A stretch of 16,135 nucleotides of DNA from an uncultured Candidatus Bathyarchaeia archaeon. GTDB taxonomy: Archaea; Thermoproteota; Bathyarchaeia; Bathyarchaeales; Bathyarchaeaceae. The notes beneath the pieces were generated by a model that saw nothing but the letters and a program-made list of their open reading frames with translations, searched no databases and was not told the DNA's origin. Below are positions 6,592 to 13,440 of the stretch, piece by piece (the first letter of the stretch is position 1; the number at the start of each line of letters is the position of its first letter). A program made the position numbers and the translations under genes. The DNA lies in NCBI GenBank assembly GCA_964503065.1, contig CAZCYX010000035.1:1-16135 (forward strand), read 5' to 3'.

Positions 6592-7956
6592 TCATTCACT
6601 CTCCTTTTTCTTCTTCTGTTTCTCTTTCTCTTCAGCTGGTTTTACTATCCCTCTAACAGTAGAAAGTGCGTCTTTCACTAAACCTTGTACATCGAAGCCT
6701 GCTTCTTTCATACCCTCCATCATTCCTCCGAGAGCTATACCAGATTTTGCACTAACAGGAATGCCCAAAATTTGTCCTTCTTCACCTGTCGAAAGAACAC
6801 GCACATCAGCTTTTGTCAATGCCTCTCCTAAACTCTTGAATTTCGCTATTTGAATATCCCGATAAGTATCGAACATTTTTCCAACAACCTCAATAGCCAT
6901 TGCACCAGACTCTTGGTATTTCTTCTGTGCTTCTGCTCTAGCGTCTATACCTTCGGCTTCAGAAGTCATTTTTATTTTGGTTACTCTCCCTTCAGCTGTT
7001 CCTTTCATTTCTATAACATCGGCATCAGCTTTACCTTTCTTCCTTGTTGCTTCAGCTTCACCATCAGCTTTTTCGACCGTTGCCTCTGCATCATATTTAG
7101 CTTTGCCGACTGCTAAGGTTTTTTCAGCTTCTATCGTTTTCTCATTTGCTTTTCTTTTTGCTTCAGCTATTGCCATCTCTTTTTCTTGCTCTGCTTTTCC
7201 TACCTCTTCATCCCTTTTCATTTGACGTTTCTTGAACTCTTCCTCAGTTTCCGCCCTTGTCACTTCTTCTGTTCTTTTCGCCTTAGCTTCAACAACAACA
7301 GCTTCCTTGTTTCTTTCCGCAACTTGTTGTCGGGTTGTAGAGGTTATCTGAGATGCACGTCGTCTTTCTAAATCTGCTACAACAGTATATGGTGGCTGGT
7401 CCATAAAATGAATACATTCCAAGTCTACCAAAGCAACACCCCACTCCTTTATCGAAGTTGAAATTTCCTCTGCTATTTTCTTGCTAAACTCAAGTCTTTC
7501 ACTCATCAATGTTACCAAATCCATCTTCATAGATGAGTTTCTTGTCACAGCTTTTACAAGATTTTTTATGTCGTCTTCTATACCTGTAAACTCTGTCAAC
7601 CTTTCTTGTGAACCTATTCTTTCAGCAGCTTTGATAGGTTCTTCTATGTTAATCCAACAAACCACATCGCAAATGAATTTTGCCAAATCTTTGTCTCTCA
7701 ACGGAATGTTGTCAATATAGAGTTGTTTGTTTCGTAATGGCAGAATGCTTCGCTTGTGGATAAGGGAAACAAAGAAGTAAGAGCTTGCCTTTCCTTCCCT
7801 CGAGGTGTACAGGCGTCTGCCTTTTCCTCTGGTCACGACAACATGAGCTTCGTGTGGCGGAACAACAACATATCTCGGAAAGAATATTACTATGATTATT
7901 CCAATAACGGCAAGAATAGCTCCCGCAACAATCCATAATGTATATTCTTCTAACAT
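6592..7956 (-). CDS. Flotillin-like SPFH (Band 7) membrane protein of the bacterial FloT/YqiK type.
   Basis: An N-terminal transmembrane segment (WIVAGAILAVIGIIIVIFF) is followed by the SPFH core (VVVPPHEAHVVVTRGKG...ILPLRNKQLYI...KFICDVVCWINIEEPIKAAERIG). A roughly 150-aa Glu/Ala/Lys-rich coiled-coil flotillin region follows (AEAKRKANEKTIEAEKTLAVGKAKYDAEA...). The protein ends in a C-terminal KE-rich tail. Confidence 0.85.
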   Translation of the reverse strand: MLEEYTLWIVAGAILAVIGIIIVIFFPRYVVVPPHEAHVVVTRGKGRRLYTSREGKASSYFFVSLIHKRSILPLRNKQLYIDNIPLRDKDLAKFICDVVCWINIEEPIKAAERIGSQERLTEFTGIEDDIKNLVKAVTRNSSMKMDLVTLMSERLEFSKKIAEEISTSIKEWGVALVDLECIHFMDQPPYTVVADLERRRASQITSTTRQQVAERNKEAVVVEAKAKRTEEVTRAETEEEFKKRQMKRDEEVGKAEQEKEMAIAEAKRKANEKTIEAEKTLAVGKAKYDAEATVEKADGEAEATRKKGKADADVIEMKGTAEGRVTKIKMTSEAEGIDARAEAQKKYQESGAMAIEVVGKMFDTYRDIQIAKFKSLGEALTKADVRVLSTGEEGQILGIPVSAKSGIALGGMMEGMKEAGFDVQGLVKDALSTVRGIVKPAEEKEKQKKKKESE

Positions 7957-7958
7957 TG

Positions 7959-8108
7959 TTATTTTGCTTCCTCCACTTTCTTTTCTAACCCCGCAATATG
8001 TCTCTGTCTAAGCCTATGACAAACTTTGCAAGCACAGCGACTCTGCAGTGCATGTGATGTTATTTCTGTTAAGAATTTATCATTTGTCTTTTCAATGTCG
8101 TTTTCCAT
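7959..8108 (-). CDS. Unannotated 49-aa Cys/His-containing micro-ORF immediately upstream of the flotillin gene. It is absent from the ORF track.
   Basis: Minus-strand ATG 8108 to TAA 7959 encodes MENDIEKTNDKFLTEITSHALQSRCACKVCHRLRQRHIAGLEKKVEEAK. A GGAGAG ribosome-binding site lies 7 nt upstream. The stop lies 2 nt before the flotillin ATG (TAAcaATG). TATA-like elements lie 14-58 nt upstream. Confidence 0.35.
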   Translation of the reverse strand: MENDIEKTNDKFLTEITSHALQSRCACKVCHRLRQRHIAGLEKKVEEAK

Positions 8109-8124
8109 TGTTTCTCTCCACTTT

Positions 8125-8160
8125 TATACGGTAGACTACAGTAGGCTACTCTACCATATA
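8125..8160. promoter_or_regulatory. Imperfect 36-bp palindrome carrying two inverted TATA-like elements upstream of the micro-ORF/flotillin operon.
   Basis: Arm tatacggtagacta (8125-8138) and arm tactctaccatata (8147-8160) match in 12 of 14 positions as an inverted repeat, separated by an 8-nt spacer. Seen directly in the sequence. Confidence 0.35.
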
Positions 8161-8332
8161 AAAATTATGGTTAGAGTAAACACAGCAGTTGTCCTCACGT
8201 TAACAACAAGCTATTTTGAAAACATTTACCTAGCTAAATTGAGGCTACCAACACATTTTCTACAAGTTCCGAAATATCTGACGACATTTGATGTGTCTGC
8301 GGATATCCTTTAAACCCTATCATAAGACCTCC

Positions 8333-8614
8333 TCACTTTTTCCTTTTTCGAGGCTTGTAAAGTATAATCGTGTGACCTCGAATATCGATGATGGTTGACT
8401 CTGTTTGTTCCGCAATTTTTGATGCAACTTTTTTGGTTTCTTCTTCCTTGAGTGCGCTTTTCAACACCTTGACTTTTACCATTTCTCTTTTTTCCAGTTG
8501 CCGAGAAATTTCGTTAAGAATCTGGGGAGATGTTCCTTCTTTTCCGATCCATATTGTTGGTTTCTCTGCGCTTAACTCATTCTTGATCCTTCGTTTCATT
8601 CTTGGTGTTATCAT
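8333..8614 (-). CDS. CRS1/YhbY (CRM-domain) RNA-binding protein.
   Basis: MITPRMKRRIKNEL...PTIWIGKEGTSPQILNEI...EMVKVKV...TIILYKPRKRKK matches the YhbY pattern (L-T-x-K-Q-R...IGKxGxT...KVK...LYRP). Confidence 0.85.
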   Translation of the reverse strand: MITPRMKRRIKNELSAEKPTIWIGKEGTSPQILNEISRQLEKREMVKVKVLKSALKEEETKKVASKIAEQTESTIIDIRGHTIILYKPRKRKK

Positions 8615-8922
8615 TGTCTTTTCCTACTTTTCAAGGGTATTCGTGAATGTTTGCCACAGTTGAAGCATGTTATCACCACGTGGGGTTCTCTTCTTTGCTG
8701 GATTCTAACACGACAATTCACGCCGGGCAGAATAAAACTTTTACAGTGCCTGCAGATATGGCTCCTATATTCTTTTGGCAGCTTCAACCTAGTAGCCATG
8801 GCAATCTTCCTCGCCACCTTAACATAATGCTGGGCTAGTTGAGGGTCTTTGCGGATGGCCTCCTTTGCGAGGCGAAAAAGCGTGTGAACTCGATTCATGG
8901 CTATCTGTTTTGTAGTGTTCAT
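8611..8922 (-). CDS. rnp4: RNase P protein subunit Rpp21 (Rpr2 / RNP4), a zinc-ribbon protein.
   Basis: IAMNRVHTLFRLAKEA...PQLAQHYVKVARKIAMATRLKLPKEYRSHICRHCKSFILPGVNCRVRI...HVVITCFNCG is the hallmark sequence. The CxxC...CxxC zinc ribbon is typical of Rpp21. It overlaps the yhbY-like gene by 4 nt. Confidence 0.85.
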   Translation of the reverse strand: MNTTKQIAMNRVHTLFRLAKEAIRKDPQLAQHYVKVARKIAMATRLKLPKEYRSHICRHCKSFILPGVNCRVRIQQRREPHVVITCFNCGKHSRIPLKSRKRQ

Positions 8923-9094
8923 TCTCTAAGAATTCTCCACTTAATCCATTAAAAATCTATTGATATGAGTCCTCTCGGCAAGTTATATCTAAATGGCTTA
9001 TTTTTTCAAACCTTACACATTATGAAAGGTTACATTTCTTCGTGTAACGACCGCCCATGCAGGATTTTTCTTGAAAGAGATTTTGCTGGAGCTA

Positions 9095-9676
9095 TTATGT
9101 TGGAATTGGAATTTCGTTGTACGCCCACACTTCTTGGCGAGTCAATTGTATGAAGGCTTCTTTATGCATTGAAAACTTTGCCTCAAAGTAAAAACTATGT
9201 TGTTCTGTGAATGGTCTTAAGAGAAAATGAAGGGTTACAGTTCCCGTTCCCTGTAGACCTAAATCATCAACATTGAAGACAGCTCCTTTACCATCATTGG
9301 TCTGCTCGAAATGAATCGATGGCCAAGGACGAGCGCCTGGAACTTCCAAATAGACTTGTATGTAGTCTGTTCCCGAAAATTTTAGGAAGAGTGAATCAAG
9401 CTCGGTTTCTTCCGAATGCCAAATTGAAACTAGCACAGGCACATCAAGAGATTGGGGAGCGGGATGCTCAGCACGGATATAAATACTAGCTACACGAACT
9501 CCGCCATCGAGAACTTCAGCTGCATATGAATCATCATCGACTGATTCGAATTCTTCTACATGAAGATTCTCTACGAAGATAAACATCTCCAATCTGGAGG
9601 CAAGAGCCACGCTACAAAGTAAAGATATTCCAACAATCACTGAGACAGCTGTAACAATTTTGATATTTCGTTTCAT
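9095..9676 (-). CDS. Secreted or membrane-anchored hypothetical protein with an N-terminal signal peptide.
   Basis: The n-region MKRNIK is followed by a hydrophobic stretch IVTAVSVIVGISLLCSVALA. The remainder is beta-rich with no recognisable catalytic motif. Confidence 0.6.
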   Translation of the reverse strand: MKRNIKIVTAVSVIVGISLLCSVALASRLEMFIFVENLHVEEFESVDDDSYAAEVLDGGVRVASIYIRAEHPAPQSLDVPVLVSIWHSEETELDSLFLKFSGTDYIQVYLEVPGARPWPSIHFEQTNDGKGAVFNVDDLGLQGTGTVTLHFLLRPFTEQHSFYFEAKFSMHKEAFIQLTRQEVWAYNEIPIPT

Positions 9677-9744
9677 TCAGTTTACGCACCATTTTTTCGA
9701 ATTGACTAGCCACTCCATATCTGTTCAAAATCTAATATTTAGTT

Positions 9745-9759
9745 CTATACCTTAGAACA
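9745..9759. promoter_or_regulatory. Conserved 15-nt element CTATACCTTAGAACA (instance 1 of 3), 68 nt upstream of the 9095-9676 gene start.
   Basis: The element forms a local palindrome GTTCTA-n5-TAGAAC (9742-9758). It has near-identical copies at 10245-10259 and 13266-13280. Confidence 0.45.
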
Positions 9760-9798
9760 GAAACTTCTCAAGTCAGGGGCATGTATTTCTTAAACGCT

Positions 9799-10203
9799 CT
9801 ACCATGCTTCAGTAACGAGCACAATCTCCAAAATATCCTTATCAATGTAAACGTCAACTATATGTTCTATCCAGCTTGTCGGATCATGCCAAAAAACGGT
9901 CCAACAGTAATGATCTTTTCCATCCATTGGTTCCCCGCCAATGCTTCCTCTAAGTTCCTTCGGTTCCCAACTCTCATCAACTGCGTAGACCATTCCATTC
10001 GCCGTTAAGTAACATTTCGTAACCTCATACTCAGCGTTAGGATGCTGTTCAATATAGCTTTGAACCTTTGCACTCTGTTTGCTGATTTCTACCAAGTCAG
10101 GTAGGTTAGACTGCAAATCATTGTAGAGAAAATAGACTACGATTACAGAGGCAATAACCACGGCGATTACAACTAGTATTAACGCGAACCTTTTCCAACG
10201 CAT
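9799..10203 (-). CDS. Membrane-anchored PepSY-like domain protein.
   Basis: The N-terminal transmembrane segment is FALILVVIAVVIASVIVVYFLY. EISKQSAKVQSYIEQHPNAEYEVTKCYLTANGMVYAVDE resembles the PepSY pattern (is.eqA..ia...pg...eveLe.e.g.lvYeV). A second similar half follows. Confidence 0.55.
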   Translation of the reverse strand: MRWKRFALILVVIAVVIASVIVVYFLYNDLQSNLPDLVEISKQSAKVQSYIEQHPNAEYEVTKCYLTANGMVYAVDESWEPKELRGSIGGEPMDGKDHYCWTVFWHDPTSWIEHIVDVYIDKDILEIVLVTEAW

Positions 10204-10244
10204 TTATATGACCAGTAATTTACGGAAATCCGTGATTTATAATA

Positions 10245-10259
10245 CTATAGTTTAGAACA
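10245..10259. promoter_or_regulatory. Conserved 15-nt element CTATAGTTTAGAACA (instance 2 of 3), 41 nt upstream of the 9799-10203 gene start (minus strand) and about 97 nt upstream of thrC (plus strand).
   Basis: It matches the other two copies in 14 of 15 positions. It abuts TTTATAAT / ATTATAAA TATA-like sequence. Confidence 0.45.
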
Positions 10260-10355
10260 TAAAAGAGCATCACGCACACTGGAAACTCTAAAGAGATTCA
10301 TTGAAAGTATTTATCACCTAACTTTAATTCTCTATGATTATTGGGGACAAAGTGT

Positions 10356-11564
10356 ATGTTTAGCATCACAGCTGAATGCGGTAAATGTGGAAAAACCTTT
10401 CCAGACAATAAAGTGATAACAATATGCCCTGACTGTGATGGAGCGCTTCTATTTCAATATGATTTGGCTAGAGTTGCTGACAAAGTTTCCAAAAGGGTCT
10501 TAGAGAAAAGAGAAGACACTTTTTGGAAGTTCATAGAGTTGCTTCCTCTCTCATCGTCAAAAAATATAGTTTCTCTCGAAGAGCCGTATACTCCAACCTT
10601 TCGGCTTTCAAACTGTGGCGACACAACTTTTAAAAACGTGTACATCAAGGACGACGGAAGGCTTCCAACTGGAACCTTTAAAGCTAGAGGAATGGCGGTG
10701 GCAGTTTCTAAACTCAAAGAGTTAGGAGTAAAACGTCTTGCAATACCATCCGCTGGGAATGCTGCTGCGGCACTGGCTGCTTATGGAGCAAAGGCAGGAA
10801 TGGAAGTTTACGCATTTATGCCAAAAGATGTGCCCGAAAGCAACCTTAAAGAATGCGTGTCTCTGGGCGCTAAAGTGTATCTCGTTGACGGACTGATAAA
10901 CGATGCATCTGAAATTGTTAAAAAACTTAAACGAAAGTACGGGTGGTTCGACGTTTCAACCAATAAGCAGCCCTACAGATTTGAAGGATACAAGGTTATG
11001 GCGTTTGAAATAGCAGAACAATTTAACTGGAACTTACCGGACAGCATATTTTTCCCAACTGGCGGAGGAGAAGGAATCATAGGTCTCTGGAAAGGGTTCA
11101 AGGAATTAGTGGAGCTTGGCTGGACTGAAGAGATTCCACGTTTAATTGTTGTTCAGTCTTCGGGTTGCGCTCCGCTTGTTGAAGCATACAATAAAAATGA
11201 AACTGAAGTAAAAGAGGCATGGGAAAAGGCTGAAACTGTTGCAGCTGGTTTAAGGGTTCCTCGTCCCTACGCAAGTTATCTCATATTACGGGCAATAAAA
11301 GAAACTGAAGGAATGGCAGTAGCGGTGGATGACAAGGAAATAATGTCTTCGATGAAAGCCTTCTTCAAGATGGGCGTATACGCATGTCCAGAAGCCGCTT
11401 CAACTCTGGCGACGTTAAAGAAACTTGAAAATGAAAGCGTATTTGATCCAGACGATAAGATACTTCTCTATCTAACTGGCAACGCAATGAAATACTTTGA
11501 TGTTATAGAAATAAAACGGGATGAAATCCCATTGTTAAAAAGAGGCACAAATTCGCTGGCTTAA
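10356..11564 (+). CDS. thrC: Threonine synthase with an N-terminal zinc ribbon.
   Basis: A PLP-fold enzyme with the lysine motif TGTFKARGMAV and the glycine-rich loop PTGGGEGIIG. The N-terminus is CGKCGK...CPDCDG. A GGGGA ribosome-binding site lies 8 nt before ATG 10356. The track start TTG 10341 is less likely. Confidence 0.9.
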   Translation: MFSITAECGKCGKTFPDNKVITICPDCDGALLFQYDLARVADKVSKRVLEKREDTFWKFIELLPLSSSKNIVSLEEPYTPTFRLSNCGDTTFKNVYIKDDGRLPTGTFKARGMAVAVSKLKELGVKRLAIPSAGNAAAALAAYGAKAGMEVYAFMPKDVPESNLKECVSLGAKVYLVDGLINDASEIVKKLKRKYGWFDVSTNKQPYRFEGYKVMAFEIAEQFNWNLPDSIFFPTGGGEGIIGLWKGFKELVELGWTEEIPRLIVVQSSGCAPLVEAYNKNETEVKEAWEKAETVAAGLRVPRPYASYLILRAIKETEGMAVAVDDKEIMSSMKAFFKMGVYACPEAASTLATLKKLENESVFDPDDKILLYLTGNAMKYFDVIEIKRDEIPLLKRGTNSLA

Positions 11565-11620
11565 AGTCTGATTAAGTCGTTAAAAAAGAAGGGGAAAGCG
11601 CAAGAGAATAAATTTTTCTA

Positions 11621-13222
11621 TTAGCCAAGTCTTTGTTTCACGATGGGATAGTTGTCTCGGTTGTCTTTATCTACCACATAGGGAGTATCTCCGATACCAT
11701 CTCCATTCAGGTCTTCTCCTTCGTAGTCGCTCCAATAGTTGCCTTCCGCACCATTATCCCAAATATTCTGTGAATCCATGACATCCGCTTGTTCTGTGTT
11801 ATTGATGAAGTTGTTGTAGTAGACTGTGTTGCTGTTTGAATATCCAAAGAACAGCCCCAGCTCGTTGTCTTCTATCGTGTTGGAGACTATTGTATTGTTG
11901 TGGCTGAACAGTAAAGAAAGACCATCCATTGTATTCGTGATTATGTTATCTGTGATGACACTATTATTCGAGTACTCTAAGAGGATGCCTCCACCGCCAT
12001 TTCTTATAGTAAATCCACTAAATCTAACCTCACTTGCCTTTATCATGACTATGACTTTTCTTTCTCCATCTCCGTCAATTATCGTTGTGTTGCAGTCCTC
12101 GCCCTTCAGCGTCAAAGGCTTATCTATGCCTATGTGCTCACGATACACTCCAGAGGCGACAACTATGGTTTCTCCAGAAACTGCGGTGTCAATGGCTTGC
12201 TGAATAGTTGCATAATCTTGTGGAACTTTTATCTGGGTTCTAACTACAACGTTCCTTGAAGCTATATTGTTTTGTGTGCGTTCTTCGTTGGATACAGGTT
12301 GGACGTATGCAGTCACATTGTAGATTCTCTCCTCAGTGGGCGTAAACATATACGTCAAACCAATTGACGAGCCTATTGTTAATAGACTAGCAATCGTAGA
12401 GTTAACTACTCCGTCGATGAGAAGTTGAAAACTCACATCTGTTTCGTTGCGTATGCCTTTGTTGACAGCCGACGCCTTGAGTAACCAAGAGGATCCAGGT
12501 TGAAGATGAATTGGTGCATCAAGATAGGCTGCAACCTCGTGCTCATATATCTTGCACTGTACATAACCATCAACAACGTTGTGAGCCGTGTCTTTATAGT
12601 AGTCGTTGACAAGTTCAGTCTCATAGAATTTCAAGACACAACTTCCCGTTGAGATTGCTTTAAATCGAACTGTCGCGAGCGTTCCGTTTCCACTAGCTTT
12701 AAAATCAGAGCCTATGGGTGCACATACTGCCACCCATACAATGGAGGTTTTTTCTTCTTCAAGCCATATTGTTGAGATGATTTCTTTTCTGATGATGAAG
12801 GAATCTTTTGGAAAGAAGTCACCCACACTAACCTCAGTTGCGGTAACAATAGAGCTGTTGTATCCAAGCTCAAAATCATATCCTATAAGGTTGGTTACGT
12901 TAATTACGTTTATGTTGACAGTGACGCTGTCACTTGCTGTCAGATTTATGGTCTGTGGAGACACAACAATTGAGGTCTGGCTTTGCGTTGTTGGAGGTGG
13001 TGCTGAAGGCGGCAGTGTTGTTGACGGTTCAGAAGGTGAAGAGTCGTTAAGTCGAACGGTAGGTTGAAATATAGGAAACTGTTTTTCGTTGGGAACAAGA
13101 GTTTTTTCAACATCTGTAGAAGCATATATTTCACTGTAGGTTAGTTTCAATCCAAATAAAATTGGACTCAAAATCAATGTTGCCATGCAAAGAATAAATA
13201 TACGCTTGCGAGAGCAAAACAA
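11621..13222 (-). CDS. Large secreted, heavily N-glycosylatable cell-surface protein. It has a cohesin-like domain, a CARDB-like middle region and NosD/pectin-lyase-like parallel beta-helix repeats.
   Basis: Signal peptide (RKRIFILCMATLILSPILFG). A Pro/Thr/Ser linker (SSPSEPSTTLPPSAPPPTTQSQTS). A cohesin-like segment (VSPQTINLTASDSVTVNINVINVTNLIGYDFELGYNSS). Beta-helix PbH1-like repeats (NNSVITDNIITNTMDGLSLLFSHNNTIVSNTIEDNELGLFFGYSNSNTVYYNNFINN). A C-terminal calcium-binding-like DLNGDGIGD motif. At least 12 N-x-S/T sequons. The start is TTG 13222 or ATG 13186. Confidence 0.75.
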   Translation of the reverse strand: MFCSRKRIFILCMATLILSPILFGLKLTYSEIYASTDVEKTLVPNEKQFPIFQPTVRLNDSSPSEPSTTLPPSAPPPTTQSQTSIVVSPQTINLTASDSVTVNINVINVTNLIGYDFELGYNSSIVTATEVSVGDFFPKDSFIIRKEIISTIWLEEEKTSIVWVAVCAPIGSDFKASGNGTLATVRFKAISTGSCVLKFYETELVNDYYKDTAHNVVDGYVQCKIYEHEVAAYLDAPIHLQPGSSWLLKASAVNKGIRNETDVSFQLLIDGVVNSTIASLLTIGSSIGLTYMFTPTEERIYNVTAYVQPVSNEERTQNNIASRNVVVRTQIKVPQDYATIQQAIDTAVSGETIVVASGVYREHIGIDKPLTLKGEDCNTTIIDGDGERKVIVMIKASEVRFSGFTIRNGGGGILLEYSNNSVITDNIITNTMDGLSLLFSHNNTIVSNTIEDNELGLFFGYSNSNTVYYNNFINNTEQADVMDSQNIWDNGAEGNYWSDYEGEDLNGDGIGDTPYVVDKDNRDNYPIVKQRLG

Positions 13223-13265
13223 CTAAATTTCACCTATATTTGATGCTACAAAGAGGTATTTAATG

Positions 13266-13280
13266 CTATACTTTAGAACA
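13266..13280. promoter_or_regulatory. Conserved 15-nt element CTATACTTTAGAACA (instance 3 of 3), 43 nt upstream of the surface-protein gene start at 13222.
   Basis: It matches the other copies in 14 of 15 positions. All three copies are preceded by an ATTTA-containing AT-rich stretch. Confidence 0.45.
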
Positions 13281-13440
13281 ATCAAAACAATACATTCACA
13301 TGACCCTATTTTCACCAAATTAACGTGCACAAACTAGAAACCGAACAAGTGTGCCGCAGACCCTCATACTGATCTTTTTAGTGGCATCACGAACGCTTAC
13401 CTTTTTGCAGAATAATTTATGGCTAGTCTCTCACACAATA

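Noticed and set aside
6551-7938. Seven ORFs antisense to, or out of frame within, the flotillin gene (6551-6853, 6850-7116, 6977-7225, 7186-7371, 7481-7720, 7712-7936, 7756-7938).
   Set aside because: All lie inside the 454-aa SPFH gene, whose domain architecture is coherent. Their translations are low-complexity products of the GAA/GCT-rich coiled-coil coding region.
8026-8313. Plus-strand 95-aa ORF spanning the flotillin-module upstream region.
   Set aside because: It runs across the palindrome and TATA elements. It has no ribosome-binding site and a low-complexity product, and it overlaps the better-supported minus-strand micro-ORF. This region is more likely non-coding regulatory DNA.
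8388-9153. Plus-strand ORFs 8388-8663, 8647-8838 and 8965-9153 opposite the yhbY and rnp4 genes and in the following spacer.
   Set aside because: They are antisense to well-supported genes or lie in the promoter spacer. No motifs were found.
9781-10008. Plus-strand ORF 9781-10008 opposite the PepSY-like gene.
   Set aside because: It is a shadow of a better-supported minus-strand gene. The minus-strand gene has a transmembrane segment, a domain match and the upstream element.
10454-10717. Minus-strand ORF 10454-10717 inside thrC.
   Set aside because: It lies antisense to a highly conserved enzyme gene.
11826-13134. Plus-strand ORFs 11826-12203 and 12714-13067 and minus-strand ORFs 12433-12624 and 12946-13134, all inside the surface-protein gene.
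   Set aside because: They are embedded in the 533-aa ORF, which shows a consistent signal peptide, linker and beta-helix architecture.
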